Under the pieces are notes generated by a model. That model was not told the DNA's origin. It was given only the letters and a program-made list of their open reading frames with translations, and searched no databases. Below are positions 18,717 to 28,005 of a stretch of DNA of 64,000 bases, piece after piece. The DNA is taken from contig CACYYS010000014.1 of the NCBI GenBank assembly GCA_902778725.1, forward strand, positions 418-64,417, written 5' to 3'. The first letter of the stretch is position 1, and every line of letters begins with the position of its first letter. The DNA comes from an uncultured Ruminococcus sp. (GTDB taxonomy: Bacteria; Bacillota; Clostridia; Oscillospirales; CAG-272). A program made the translations under genes and the position numbers.

Positions 18717-19780
18717 AAAACAGAAAAAAAGATCTCCTTCGCGACGAGTCGGTCCGGCAGGCGTTCGCCGGGATCGAGCGGACGGAAGCGGCGCGTTTCG
18801 CGGCGCTGCCGGACGGGGAGCCGACCTTTTCCCCCGGCTTTGAGGAGCGGATGGACGCCCTCCTCTCCCGGGGCAAGGAGCCGCGCCGCACCGCGCCAGT
18901 GCGCCGCCGCGTGATCGCCGCCGGCGTCGCCGCCGCGCTCGCCGCCGCGCTGCTGCTCGTCTTCCTCGTTTTCCCGTTATTCTCCGGCGGGAATACGTCG
19001 GAAAAAGTGCTGCAAATCAACCGGGAGCATTACAGCGAGCAGCAAAGTGAGCAAAAAAGCAGGTCTGTTTTTCCTCTTGTTGACGAGACGGAAATCTTTA
19101 TTGACAGTGAAAAAATCGGCAAAACGGTCAACTTCTCGTTTTTGGGGAAACAGTACGAGGGAAAATACTGTCGATCCTTCCGGTATAACCTTTATAGCAT
19201 TTCCGTTGACTCCTATACCTTGAACGGGATCGAGGAAGAGAAAGAATGCGTTCTTCTCCTGCCGGACGGGCAGGTCTTTGCGATGCTGTTCCACTTTGCA
19301 ACGCTCGATATCGACCCGTTTGCAAGCGAACAGGAGGTTCGGGAAAAAGCGGAGGAGGCGCTGCGCGGAGAGATCGATTTCAGTTTCTATCAAAACTTCA
19401 AAAGCACGCAGTCCTTTCCGGGAGGCGGTGAACACGGCTTCGGCTTGTATGCTTTTTCGTGGTACAATACAAAGGAAGATATCCCTCTTGGAAACGCGAC
19501 AAGCTTATTTGTTTTAGACAACGGAGAAATGGGCGGCCTGCGGATGTTTAATAAAGCGGGAAATCCCTATGATCTAAAAGAAAATTTAAGCACAGAACAG
19601 TTTTTGCCGGAAATGGAAGAAGCGATCCGGGAGATTTATCAGGAAGATCTGGCGGATTGGCGTTTGCAGTCCTCCAAAGTCGTGACCTATCGCGAGCAAT
19701 ACTATTTGTATTGCCAGATCGGCGTCAGTCTCCGACGCGGATGGAACGAAGCCTGCGAATTGCTGATCAGGATCGATTAA
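18713..19780 (+). CDS. Putative single-pass anti-sigma factor with an extracellular domain
   Basis: ATGA overlap with the sigma factor; N-terminal PTFSPGFEERM, one TM helix (VIAAGVAAALAAALLLVFLVFP) and a soluble C-terminal domain. Confidence 0.72.
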   Translation: MKNRKKDLLRDESVRQAFAGIERTEAARFAALPDGEPTFSPGFEERMDALLSRGKEPRRTAPVRRRVIAAGVAAALAAALLLVFLVFPLFSGGNTSEKVLQINREHYSEQQSEQKSRSVFPLVDETEIFIDSEKIGKTVNFSFLGKQYEGKYCRSFRYNLYSISVDSYTLNGIEEEKECVLLLPDGQVFAMLFHFATLDIDPFASEQEVREKAEEALRGEIDFSFYQNFKSTQSFPGGGEHGFGLYAFSWYNTKEDIPLGNATSLFVLDNGEMGGLRMFNKAGNPYDLKENLSTEQFLPEMEEAIREIYQEDLADWRLQSSKVVTYREQYYLYCQIGVSLRRGWNEACELLIRID

Positions 19781-19877
19781 AAACAAGGCGACCCCCGCGG
19801 CGGCGCTTTCCCTCGGCGGCGTCTTCCTCGCCGCGAAAAAGAGAAAACGGACAAACTGACCGAAAAGAAAAACGGTC

Positions 19878-19918
19878 CCGCAAAACGGGCAGGCGCCGCG
19901 CGCCTGCCCGTTTTGCGG
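19878..19918. terminator. Long hairpin between convergent genes
   Basis: ccgcaaaacgggcaggcg...cgcctgcccgttttgcgg, 18-bp perfect stem. Confidence 0.6.
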
Positions 19919-19968
19919 TTGAGAGCGTTTTTCCGGGCGGGAGCCGCGGCGCCGATCTTCCTTTGTTT

Positions 19969-20751
19969 TTATGCTTTGTCGGTATTCCCGCGGTAGCTTT
20001 TCGGCGTTTGCCCTGTAACGGATTTGAACTGCTGGATAAACTGCACGTCGCTGGGGTAGTCGAGCTCGTCCGCTATCATCTTTACCGTATAGCCGGTGGA
20101 GGAGAGCAGCTCCTTTGCGTATTCTATGCGGCTGTTGATCACGTCGGCGACGGGGGCGGTCCCGAACTGCTGCTTGTAGAGATGCTGAAAATAGGAGACG
20201 CTGATATTCAGCGATTCCGCCATCTCCCTTGCGCTGCGTTTTTGCTTCGGGTTGGCGTAGATCTCCGCCCGGAGCCGCCCGAGCTCCGCGTGATATCTGC
20301 CGGTATCGGAGCCGGAAAAGGTCGCCTGCTCCGCCAGCTTCAGCAGCAGGATGTGGAGATACAGGTCCGCCGTCTGCTTTGCCGCGGCGTTGCCGGAGTA
20401 GATCTCGTGCTGTACGGTCTTTATCAGCTCGGAGAGCACGGAAACGTCCCGCACGTTCATCACCTCGTCAAAGCGCACGCCGGCGGCAAGAACGTCCTGC
20501 CGCTCGCTTTCCGTCAGGTCAAAGGTGATCCAGTCGTGCAGGAACGGCTCCCCGTCCGCGCCGAAATGCTGCGGCGTGGTCTTGTCGTAGATCAGGACGG
20601 AGCCGGGAGGCGCGCACGTCCTTCCTCCGTCAAAAGAGAAAAACGTCCGCGAGCGCAGCACGAGCATAACGTACTCCACGATCCTCGGCGGGCGCTCCAG
20701 TACGAACTCCGCGCTCTGTCCGCGATTGTATCCGATGCATCTGACCCGCAT
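19969..20751 (-). CDS. AraC-family transcriptional regulator
   Basis: C-terminal double HTH (MAESLNISVSYFQHLYKQQFG...RIEYAKELL...IADELDY...F..QFK..TG.TP..YR) and a cupin N-terminus; start at MRVRC after GGAGG. Confidence 0.92.
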   Translation of the reverse strand: MRVRCIGYNRGQSAEFVLERPPRIVEYVMLVLRSRTFFSFDGGRTCAPPGSVLIYDKTTPQHFGADGEPFLHDWITFDLTESERQDVLAAGVRFDEVMNVRDVSVLSELIKTVQHEIYSGNAAAKQTADLYLHILLLKLAEQATFSGSDTGRYHAELGRLRAEIYANPKQKRSAREMAESLNISVSYFQHLYKQQFGTAPVADVINSRIEYAKELLSSTGYTVKMIADELDYPSDVQFIQQFKSVTGQTPKSYRGNTDKA

Positions 20752-20833
20752 ACCCTTGCCTCCGATAGCAGAATATATAAGTTTATTCACAGTATAACAT
20801 ATTGAAGAAAAAATGTAAAGATGTTATACTATA

Positions 20834-21080
20834 CGCAGAAAGTCTTGCTGCGCAAGCCTTCAGGCGTTCGCCTCCGTGCGCTTTGCGCACGCTGCGTGAT
20901 TGACGGCTTCGCAAAAATGCTCTTGCAAGCAAGCATTTTTGCTTCATGGTATCATACCCGCAGAAAGTCTTGCTTCGCAAGCCTTCAGGCGTTCGCCTCC
21001 GCGCGCTTTGCGCGCGCTGCGTGATTGACGGCTTCGCAAAAATGCCCTTGCAAGCAAGCATTTTTGCTTCATGGTATCAT
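20834..21080. repeat. Two tandem copies of a multi-hairpin element with a 125-bp period (REP/MITE-like)
   Basis: Copies at 20834-20955 and 20959-21080, near-identical, each with several short stems. Confidence 0.9.
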
Positions 21081-21106
21081 CAAATAAAAAAAGGAGGCGG
21101 CGACAC

Positions 21107-22417
21107 ATGGCAAACGTCAGGATAAACGCACAAAAAACCGCGGAAAAGATCAAGCCGCTGCACGGCACGGTGAACGGCCCGGTAGCAAACCACGATAACA
21201 GCTGCGGCACGGTGGAAGCGTTCAGGGAGATCGGCGTGCCTTACGTCCGTCTGCACGACTCGTCCTTTTTCGCGAATTACGGCGGGGAGCATACGGTGGA
21301 TATTTCCGGTATTTTCCCGGATTTCGACAAGGATCCGTACGACCCGGCGTCCTACGATTTTTACTTCACCGATATGTACGTGCAGAGGACGGTGGGCGTC
21401 GGCTGCAGGATCCTTTACCGCCTGGGGCAGAGGATAGAGGTGCGCGCCAAGACGTACCACGTCCATCCGCCGAAGGATTATAAAAAATGGGCGGTCATCT
21501 GCGAGCATATCATCCGCCATTATAACGAAGGCTGGAACGAAGGCTTCCGTCTGGGGATCGAATACTGGGAGATCTGGAACGAGCCGGATAACGTGCCCCC
21601 CTGCTGGACGGGGACGGCGGAACAGTTCGACGACTTTTTCGAGGTCTCCGCAAAGCACCTGAAGGGGTGCTTCCCGGAGCTGAAGATCGGCGGTCCCGCG
21701 TTTGCCGAGTGGTCGGTAGACAACGGGAACGTCGAAAGATTCGTGAAGGAAATGAAGCGGCGCGGCGTCCCGATCGATTTCCTTTCCTGGCATACGTATT
21801 CCCGCGTGGTAGGGGACTTCACGCGGCGAGCCGCGGAGGTGCGGCGCGTCCTCGACGCGGAGGGCTACCCCCGCGCGGAGAGCATCCTCGACGAATGGAA
21901 CTATCTCGTCAACTGGAAGGACGGGATGCGGGAGTCATATTATAAGATCATCAGTATGGAGGGCGCCGCGCTCGTCGCCGCCGTCCAGGCGACCATGCAG
22001 AACAGCGCGGTGGATATCATGACCTACTACGACGCGCGCCCCTGCGCGTTCAACGGGCTTTTCCGCGCGTTCACGTACGATAAATACAAGGCGTTCTATT
22101 CGTTTTTGTTCTTCTCGAAGGTCTACGCCGCCGGCAACCGTGCGGAAAGCAGCACGGACGACCGGGACGTCTACGCTCTCGCGGCGTCGGACGGCGGGAG
22201 CTTCGCCGCTACCGTCACGTATTACACCTACGATCCGGAGGCGAAGGAGAAGACGGTTTCCGTAAACGCGGAGGGGGTGCGCGAGGATCTGAACGTCTAC
22301 CTGCTCGACGAAGAGCACGACGGCGCCTTCCTCTGTAAAGCGAAGGCGGGAGAAACGCTGACGCTCACGCTCCGCCCGAACTCGGTGCTCCTGCTGCAAA
22401 GTCCGGCGAAAGAATAA
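21107..22417 (+). CDS. GH39-like glycoside hydrolase (clan GH-A), no signal peptide
   Basis: YVRLHD, YWEIWNEPD (acid/base), KIGGP, DFLSWHTY, ILDEWN (nucleophile); AGGAGG RBS. Confidence 0.85.
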   Translation: MANVRINAQKTAEKIKPLHGTVNGPVANHDNSCGTVEAFREIGVPYVRLHDSSFFANYGGEHTVDISGIFPDFDKDPYDPASYDFYFTDMYVQRTVGVGCRILYRLGQRIEVRAKTYHVHPPKDYKKWAVICEHIIRHYNEGWNEGFRLGIEYWEIWNEPDNVPPCWTGTAEQFDDFFEVSAKHLKGCFPELKIGGPAFAEWSVDNGNVERFVKEMKRRGVPIDFLSWHTYSRVVGDFTRRAAEVRRVLDAEGYPRAESILDEWNYLVNWKDGMRESYYKIISMEGAALVAAVQATMQNSAVDIMTYYDARPCAFNGLFRAFTYDKYKAFYSFLFFSKVYAAGNRAESSTDDRDVYALAASDGGSFAATVTYYTYDPEAKEKTVSVNAEGVREDLNVYLLDEEHDGAFLCKAKAGETLTLTLRPNSVLLLQSPAKE

Positions 22418-22430
22418 AAGGAAAAAGAAA

Positions 22431-24464
22431 ATGAAAAAAACGTTTTTGATCTTTGCGCTTGCGGCCTCTCTGCTTCTCTCGGCTTCCTGCGCCGCCGGCG
22501 CGCCCCCGTCCGTTACCGCGCCCGTGACCTCCGCGGACCCGGCGCCGGATACCGCGGCGCAGACCGCGCCGGATACTGAGGCGGATACGGCGCCGCAGAC
22601 CGCATCGGATACGGCGCCGCAGACCGCGCCCGGGACGGCGCCGGCGGCGGATACCGCGGCGCAGACCTCCGCCGAGACAGACCCTGCGCCGGAGACGACC
22701 GCGCCGGAAACGGCGCCGGCGGAAACGACGCCGGCGGAAACGACAAAAACCGATGAAGGAGAATTGCCCATGGCAACCGTTTTTACCAATCCCGTCGCGC
22801 CCGGCGCGGACCCGTTCGTTCTCAAGGATGACGACGGAACTTATTATCTGTACGTAACGGCGGACGACGACTACGGCTACCGCGTGTATTCGTCAAGGAA
22901 TCTCGTGGAGTGGACCGCGCACGGCTTCTGCCTCCTCCGCGGCGACGTGTATACCGACCCGAACTCCAAGTACGGCTATCGCTTCTGGGCGCCGGAAGTC
23001 ATGAAATATAACGGAAAATACTATATGGTATATACGGCGCAGCACCGGATCGGGATCGCGGTCGCCGACCGTCCGACAGGTCCGTTCCGGACCGGCACCA
23101 AGGAGTATCTGATCAACTCCTGCAACGTGATCGACGGCAGCTTCTTTACCGACGACGACGGAAAGGTCTATCTCTATTTCGTCACGCAGGGCGCGGCTAC
23201 CCTCGGCAGTTCCAGCGTCAAGAAGGGCAACAATATATGGGGCTGCGAGTTTAATATGGACACGCTGACGATCCGGTCGGGCAGCATAAAGCTGCTTGTC
23301 AGCCCGACCCCGACGATCGAGCTGGAGTCGAAAAACGGCGGCGACTGCTGTGAAGGACCGTTTATGATCAAACACGGCGGCGTCTACTATCTGACGTTTT
23401 CCTCCAACCGGTATTATTCCACCAAGTATTCGGTGCAATACGCAACGGGCAGCTCGCCGCTCGGCTTTTTCAAGCGCGGCGCGAAGAACGTCACGCTGAT
23501 GTGCGACGACCTCGACTATAAGGATAACCGCAACCCGCATCTTTACGGCACGGGCCACCACTCCTTTGTCGAAGCGCCGAACGGCAGGGATATCGTGATC
23601 GTATATCACGCGCACCGCACCGGCATTTCGGATCAGTTCGTCGGTACCGGAACGGCGACCGTTTCCAGCAATCCGCTCTGCAGCCCGAGGAACGTCTGCG
23701 TCGACCTCGCCTGGTTCACGGAGGACGGCAAGCTGCAGGCGGGGATGAAGGACAAGCCGACGGTACCTACCGCCGTGGCGCAGCCCTTCTTCGAGGGGGC
23801 GGCGTCCGAGAGAAAGACGCACTACACCGGCGCGTTTGCGGCGATACCGGAGCTGCCTGTGGTCTACCTTTCCCAGATGGACGGCAAGGACACGAACAGC
23901 GGGGAAAAGAACTCCCCCGTGCAGACGCTCGCGAAAGCGGTATCCAAGCTGGCAAAAGGCGGTACCGTCGTGCTCGTCAACGGGTACGAGTCAAAGGACG
24001 CGGTCCTTTCCGTTCCGCACTGCTCCGGGCCGCTTTTGATCACGGCGGAGCATAACAACGTCGTCCTCTCTTTCAAATTCATCCGTCTGAACGGCGACGT
24101 TTATTTCGACAATATCATTTTTGCGCCCGTCACCCTGAACGAGGTGTCCGTCATCGAGTGCAATTTCCACAACGTGGTGATGGGAGAGGGCGTCAGTTGT
24201 CTCAACCGCCGCCTGCACCCGGACTATCCGTATCTGATCGGCGGAAAGTGGAAGTACGCGGGCGCGTCGGGCGACGCCGTGTATAAAAACAACTTCAACG
24301 CCGCGGAAAGCGCGCTCGTCAGCACGGCAAGCTACGGGATCTCCGTTTACGGCGGTACCTGGCAGTCCGTCTCCGCGGGGAGCATGAGGACGTATGCTCC
24401 CATCGAAGGCTCCGCGGAGAACGCGCAGCTCACGGTAGGGGAAGGCGCCCGCGTGATCGGGTGA
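22431..24464 (+). CDS. Lipoprotein GH43 glycoside hydrolase with a Thr/Ala/Pro linker and C-terminal accessory domain
   Basis: Lipobox LLSASC; TNPVAPGADP, FWAPE, IDG, EGP, GTGHHS; VYLS..DG.D.NSG....PVQTL.KA resembles DUF1565. Confidence 0.88.
   Translation: MKKTFLIFALAASLLLSASCAAGAPPSVTAPVTSADPAPDTAAQTAPDTEADTAPQTASDTAPQTAPGTAPAADTAAQTSAETDPAPETTAPETAPAETTPAETTKTDEGELPMATVFTNPVAPGADPFVLKDDDGTYYLYVTADDDYGYRVYSSRNLVEWTAHGFCLLRGDVYTDPNSKYGYRFWAPEVMKYNGKYYMVYTAQHRIGIAVADRPTGPFRTGTKEYLINSCNVIDGSFFTDDDGKVYLYFVTQGAATLGSSSVKKGNNIWGCEFNMDTLTIRSGSIKLLVSPTPTIELESKNGGDCCEGPFMIKHGGVYYLTFSSNRYYSTKYSVQYATGSSPLGFFKRGAKNVTLMCDDLDYKDNRNPHLYGTGHHSFVEAPNGRDIVIVYHAHRTGISDQFVGTGTATVSSNPLCSPRNVCVDLAWFTEDGKLQAGMKDKPTVPTAVAQPFFEGAASERKTHYTGAFAAIPELPVVYLSQMDGKDTNSGEKNSPVQTLAKAVSKLAKGGTVVLVNGYESKDAVLSVPHCSGPLLITAEHNNVVLSFKFIRLNGDVYFDNIIFAPVTLNEVSVIECNFHNVVMGEGVSCLNRRLHPDYPYLIGGKWKYAGASGDAVYKNNFNAAESALVSTASYGISVYGGTWQSVSAGSMRTYAPIEGSAENAQLTVGEGARVIG
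22541..22745 (+). repeat. Intragenic degenerate 12-15-bp tandem repeats encoding a DTAP/QTAP/ETTPA linker
   Basis: Repeated gataccgcg / cagaccgcg / gaaacgacg units. Confidence 0.8.
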
Positions 24465-24527
24465 TAACGCCGGCGTCCGCGCCGCCTCACGGCGGCGCGG
24501 ACGCCGGAAGAAAAGAGAAATCGCAGT

Positions 24528-25895
24528 ATGTTGTTTTCCCGTAAGGATCTCGCAAAGATCCTTCTCCCGCTGGTGCTGGAGCAGGTCCTCTCCGTCACGG
24601 TCGGAATGGTGGACTCCATGATGGTCTCCGGCGTGGGAGAGGCCGCCGTTTCCGGCGTTTCGCTCGTCGACTCGCTCAATCTGCTGATGATCAACATTTT
24701 CTCCGCGCTTGCGACCGGCGGCGCCGTCGTCTGCTCCCAGTTTTTAGGGAAAAAGGACTACGCCTCCGCGCGCGACTCGGCAAAAATGCTCTATTACGTA
24801 CTGTTCGCCGTGTCCGCTTCCGTGACGGCGATCGCGGTGATCTTCCGGAGTCCTCTCCTTTCCCTGATCTTCGGGAGGACGCAGGCGGACGTGATGGAGA
24901 ACGCAAAGATCTATTTCCTCTTCACGGCGCTCTCCTATCCTTTTCTTGCGCTTTACAACGGCGGCGCCGCCGTTTTCCGCGCGATGGGCGATACCCGTAT
25001 CTCTCTCCGCGTCTCGCTGGGGATGAACCTGCTGAACGTCGCCGGCAACGCGGTCTTCATCTACGGGCTGCATATCGGAGCGGCCGGAGTCGCGATCGCT
25101 ACGCTGATTTCCCGCGCGGTCGGGGCGGCGGTGATCGTCGCGCTTTCGCACGGCAGGTCCAATCTGATTTACGTGGAAAAGCTGCTGCTCTTCCGCCCAG
25201 ACGCCGCGCTGATCAAAAATATCGTCCGCATCGGGATCCCCAGCGGACTGGAGAACGGGATGTTCCAGTTCGGCAAACTGCTGACGCAGAGCCTCGTCTC
25301 CACCTTCAGCACCGCGTCCATCGCCGCCAACGCCGCGGCAAACTCCCTCGTTTCCTTTGAATACGCCGTGGGCGGCGCCGTCGGACTTACCATGATCACG
25401 GTGATCGGCAGGTGCGTCGGCGCGGGAGAAAAGGAGCAGGCGAAGAGCTACGCGAAAAAACTGCTGGGATTTGCGTACGCCATCATGTTCGCCACCGCGC
25501 TGGCGCTGACCGTTTTTGCGCGGCCTGCCGTCGGCGCTTATCATCTTTCACCGCAGTCCGGGGATCTGGCGCGGAAGCTGATCCTTCTGCATAACGCGTG
25601 CGCGGCGGCGATATGGCCCGTGGCCTTCGCCCTGCCGAACGCCTTCCGCGCCGCAAGCGACGTCAGCTTCACCATGATCGTTTCCGCTTTTTCCATGTGG
25701 ACGTTCCGGGTGGGGTGCAGTTATCTTCTCGCTTACCGTTTTGGACTCGGGGTCGCAAGCGTCTGGATCGCCATGATGATAGACTGGGTATTCCGCGCCG
25801 CCGTTTTTCTGTGGCGGTTCTTCAGCGGGAAATGGCTTGAAAAACGCCTTGCCGCGCCGCGCTCCGCTGGACAGCCGGCGGCAAAGGGCGACTAA
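24528..25895 (+). CDS. MATE-family transporter
   Basis: VGMVDSMMVSGVGEAAVSGV, FRAMGD, IGIPSGLE; about 12 TM segments. Confidence 0.93.
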   Translation: MLFSRKDLAKILLPLVLEQVLSVTVGMVDSMMVSGVGEAAVSGVSLVDSLNLLMINIFSALATGGAVVCSQFLGKKDYASARDSAKMLYYVLFAVSASVTAIAVIFRSPLLSLIFGRTQADVMENAKIYFLFTALSYPFLALYNGGAAVFRAMGDTRISLRVSLGMNLLNVAGNAVFIYGLHIGAAGVAIATLISRAVGAAVIVALSHGRSNLIYVEKLLLFRPDAALIKNIVRIGIPSGLENGMFQFGKLLTQSLVSTFSTASIAANAAANSLVSFEYAVGGAVGLTMITVIGRCVGAGEKEQAKSYAKKLLGFAYAIMFATALALTVFARPAVGAYHLSPQSGDLARKLILLHNACAAAIWPVAFALPNAFRAASDVSFTMIVSAFSMWTFRVGCSYLLAYRFGLGVASVWIAMMIDWVFRAAVFLWRFFSGKWLEKRLAAPRSAGQPAAKGD

Positions 25896-25912
25896 ATACG
25901 GAGGAGAGCGTT

Positions 25913-26566
25913 ATGAAAATTGTTTTTATGGGTGACAGCGTGACGGATTGCGGCAGGAACAGGGAGGACGACTCCAAACAGTCCGCGCTCGGGTACGGCT
26001 ACGTCCGCGTGATAGGGGACCGACTGATCGGACGGGTGCCGGACGGGTATACGATCCTCAACAGGGGCGTCAGCGGCAACCGCATCGTCGATATGTACGC
26101 GGGGATCAAGTGCCGCCTTTGGAACGAGGCGCCGGATCTCGCCAGCTTTCTCATCGGGATAAACGACGTGTGGCACGAGATCACGGCGAAAAACGGCGTC
26201 GACCCGGAACGGTATGAAAAGATCTACCGCATGGTGATCGAGGACACAAAAAAGCGCCTCCCGGATATGAAGATGATCCTGTGCGAGCCGTTCGTCGTGG
26301 AGGGGAGCGCGACGTGCGCGACGGAGGAATTCCCCGACCGGTTCGACCGCTTCCGGGAGATATACGCATACGCGGCGGCGGTGAAAAAACTTGCAAAAGA
26401 GTACGGTCTTTATTTTCTGCCGCTGCAGAGCGCGTTTGACGCCGCGGTGGAGAAATACGGCGCAAAGCGGTTTGCGCCGGACGGCGTACACCCGAACGTC
26501 GGCGGTTCCTCGCTTATCGCCGGAGAGTGGCTGAAGCTGTTTTATTCGCAGATAGAAAAACAGTAA
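25913..26566 (+). CDS. SGNH/GDSL hydrolase (putative carbohydrate acetylesterase)
   Basis: GDSVTD, NRGVSG, GIND, DGVHP. Confidence 0.92.
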   Translation: MKIVFMGDSVTDCGRNREDDSKQSALGYGYVRVIGDRLIGRVPDGYTILNRGVSGNRIVDMYAGIKCRLWNEAPDLASFLIGINDVWHEITAKNGVDPERYEKIYRMVIEDTKKRLPDMKMILCEPFVVEGSATCATEEFPDRFDRFREIYAYAAAVKKLAKEYGLYFLPLQSAFDAAVEKYGAKRFAPDGVHPNVGGSSLIAGEWLKLFYSQIEKQ

Positions 26567-26584
26567 AAGAAAAGGACGCTGAGA

Positions 26585-27304
26585 ATGAACTATATCCATA
26601 TCGGCAATATCGCCGACTTTGCGTACACGAACGAGCATCTGCTTGGAAACCCTCCGGTGGGGATCGTACCGTATCTCCACGGGCTGGGGAGAGGGCAGAG
26701 GCTGAAGGAGGATCTTGAGGGGGGGATCTATCTTGCAAAGCGGGATATCTTGCTTGTCTACCCCTATTCCTGCACGTGGGGCTGGGCAAACGAGGAGACG
26801 ATGGGCTATATCGACGAGTGCGTCGACGTTTTTCTTGCCAAGTACGGAGACGCCCTGCCCGTTTGCATAGCGGGCGGCTCCATGGGGGGCTTTTCCGCTC
26901 TCGTATACGCCTGCACGACGAAAAGGAAGCTTGTCGCCTGCGCCGCCGACTGCCCGGTCTGCGATCTGTCGCGCCAATTTGAAGAAAAACCGGAAATACG
27001 CCAGACGATCTATACCGCGTATTACGGGGAAAAAGATTTTGCAGCCGCCATAAAAGAGCGGTCGCCGGTCTCGAATATCGCAAAATTCCCGCGCATTCCT
27101 TATTATATCAATCACGGGTACGGGGATACCGCGGTGCCGAAGACGCAGCATTCCGATCTCTTCGTTTCTCTGATGCGCTCCGCCGGGTACGACGTAACCT
27201 ACGCGCAGCCGGATACGGCGCACTGCAAGTATACCGAGGAGAGCTTTGCAAACTATTACGGCTTTATGGCGGAGGCGATCCGATCCGCCGCCGGCGGGAG
27301 ATAA
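26585..27304 (+). CDS. Alpha/beta-hydrolase esterase (S9-like)
   Basis: GGSMGG nucleophile elbow, HGYGDTAVP and a C-terminal His. Confidence 0.82.
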   Translation: MNYIHIGNIADFAYTNEHLLGNPPVGIVPYLHGLGRGQRLKEDLEGGIYLAKRDILLVYPYSCTWGWANEETMGYIDECVDVFLAKYGDALPVCIAGGSMGGFSALVYACTTKRKLVACAADCPVCDLSRQFEEKPEIRQTIYTAYYGEKDFAAAIKERSPVSNIAKFPRIPYYINHGYGDTAVPKTQHSDLFVSLMRSAGYDVTYAQPDTAHCKYTEESFANYYGFMAEAIRSAAGGR

Positions 27305-27343
27305 GCGCAAGGAGAGCGGCTACCGCCGCGGGTCTTTAGACGC

Positions 27344-27826
27344 GCGGCGAGGTTTTTATTCCGCGCGGCTGCCGCCGCGCGGCGGTTCCCGCCCTACAAA
27401 AAACGACGCGCTCCTTCCCTATAAGGAAAGCGTGATCCCCGGTTTGGCTCCCTCCCCGAGGGAGCTGTCGCCGAAGGCGACTGAAGGAGTCAAGGGAGAA
27501 AGGGAGAACGCGGGAGAAAAGACAGGGAGACGAAACTCCTTCCGTCGCGGCAAGCCGCGCCACCTCCCTCGGGAGGGAGGCTAACGGGGACTCTTTCCGC
27601 GGCGAGGCTTTTATGCCGCGCGTCTTCCCCCCGCGGCGTTCCCCGCCCTACAAGGAGAAAAAGAGCGGGAGAAGGCTCCCTCTTGAGGGAGCTGTCGCCG
27701 TAGGCGACTGAAGGAGTCAAGGGAGAAAGGGAGAACGCGGGAGAAAAGACAGAGAGAAAAACTCCTTCCGTCTCGCTCCGCGAGCCACCTCCCTCAAGAG
27801 GGAGGCTGACGGGGACTCCTTCCGCA
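27344..27826. repeat. Two tandem composite REP-like units (a GCCCTAC hairpin module plus a GGCTCCCTC...GAGGGAGGCT long palindrome)
   Basis: Palindromic modules at 27446-27582 and 27674-27807, each preceded by a gcggcgagg.ttttat...cgccctacaa module. Confidence 0.88.
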
Positions 27827-27843
27827 GCGGGTCGCTCAAACCG

Positions 27844-27872
27844 AAAAACGCCCGATCGACCGGGCGTTTTTT
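27844..27872. terminator. Bidirectional intrinsic terminator
   Basis: aaaaacgcccg-atcgac-cgggcgttttt. Confidence 0.7.
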
Positions 27873-27912
27873 GTTTGCGGGCGGAGATGAACGCGCTATA
27901 TTGCGCAAAAGG

Positions 27913-27944
27913 AAAAAGCCGCCCATCCGTACCGGGCGGCTTTT
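27913..27944. terminator. Second intrinsic terminator, downstream of the SDR
   Basis: aaaagccgccc...gggcggctttt. Confidence 0.65.
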
Positions 27945-28005
27945 GGAGAAGGAGTCGCTGTGTTTGCGCTTTTTTTGATCCCTGCCCCTTCAAAAAGTCT
28001 TTTGC

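Noticed and set aside
20834-21080. Possible CRISPR array (also considered for 27344-27826)
   Set aside because: Units are over 120 bp, present in only two copies, with no unique spacers and no cas genes
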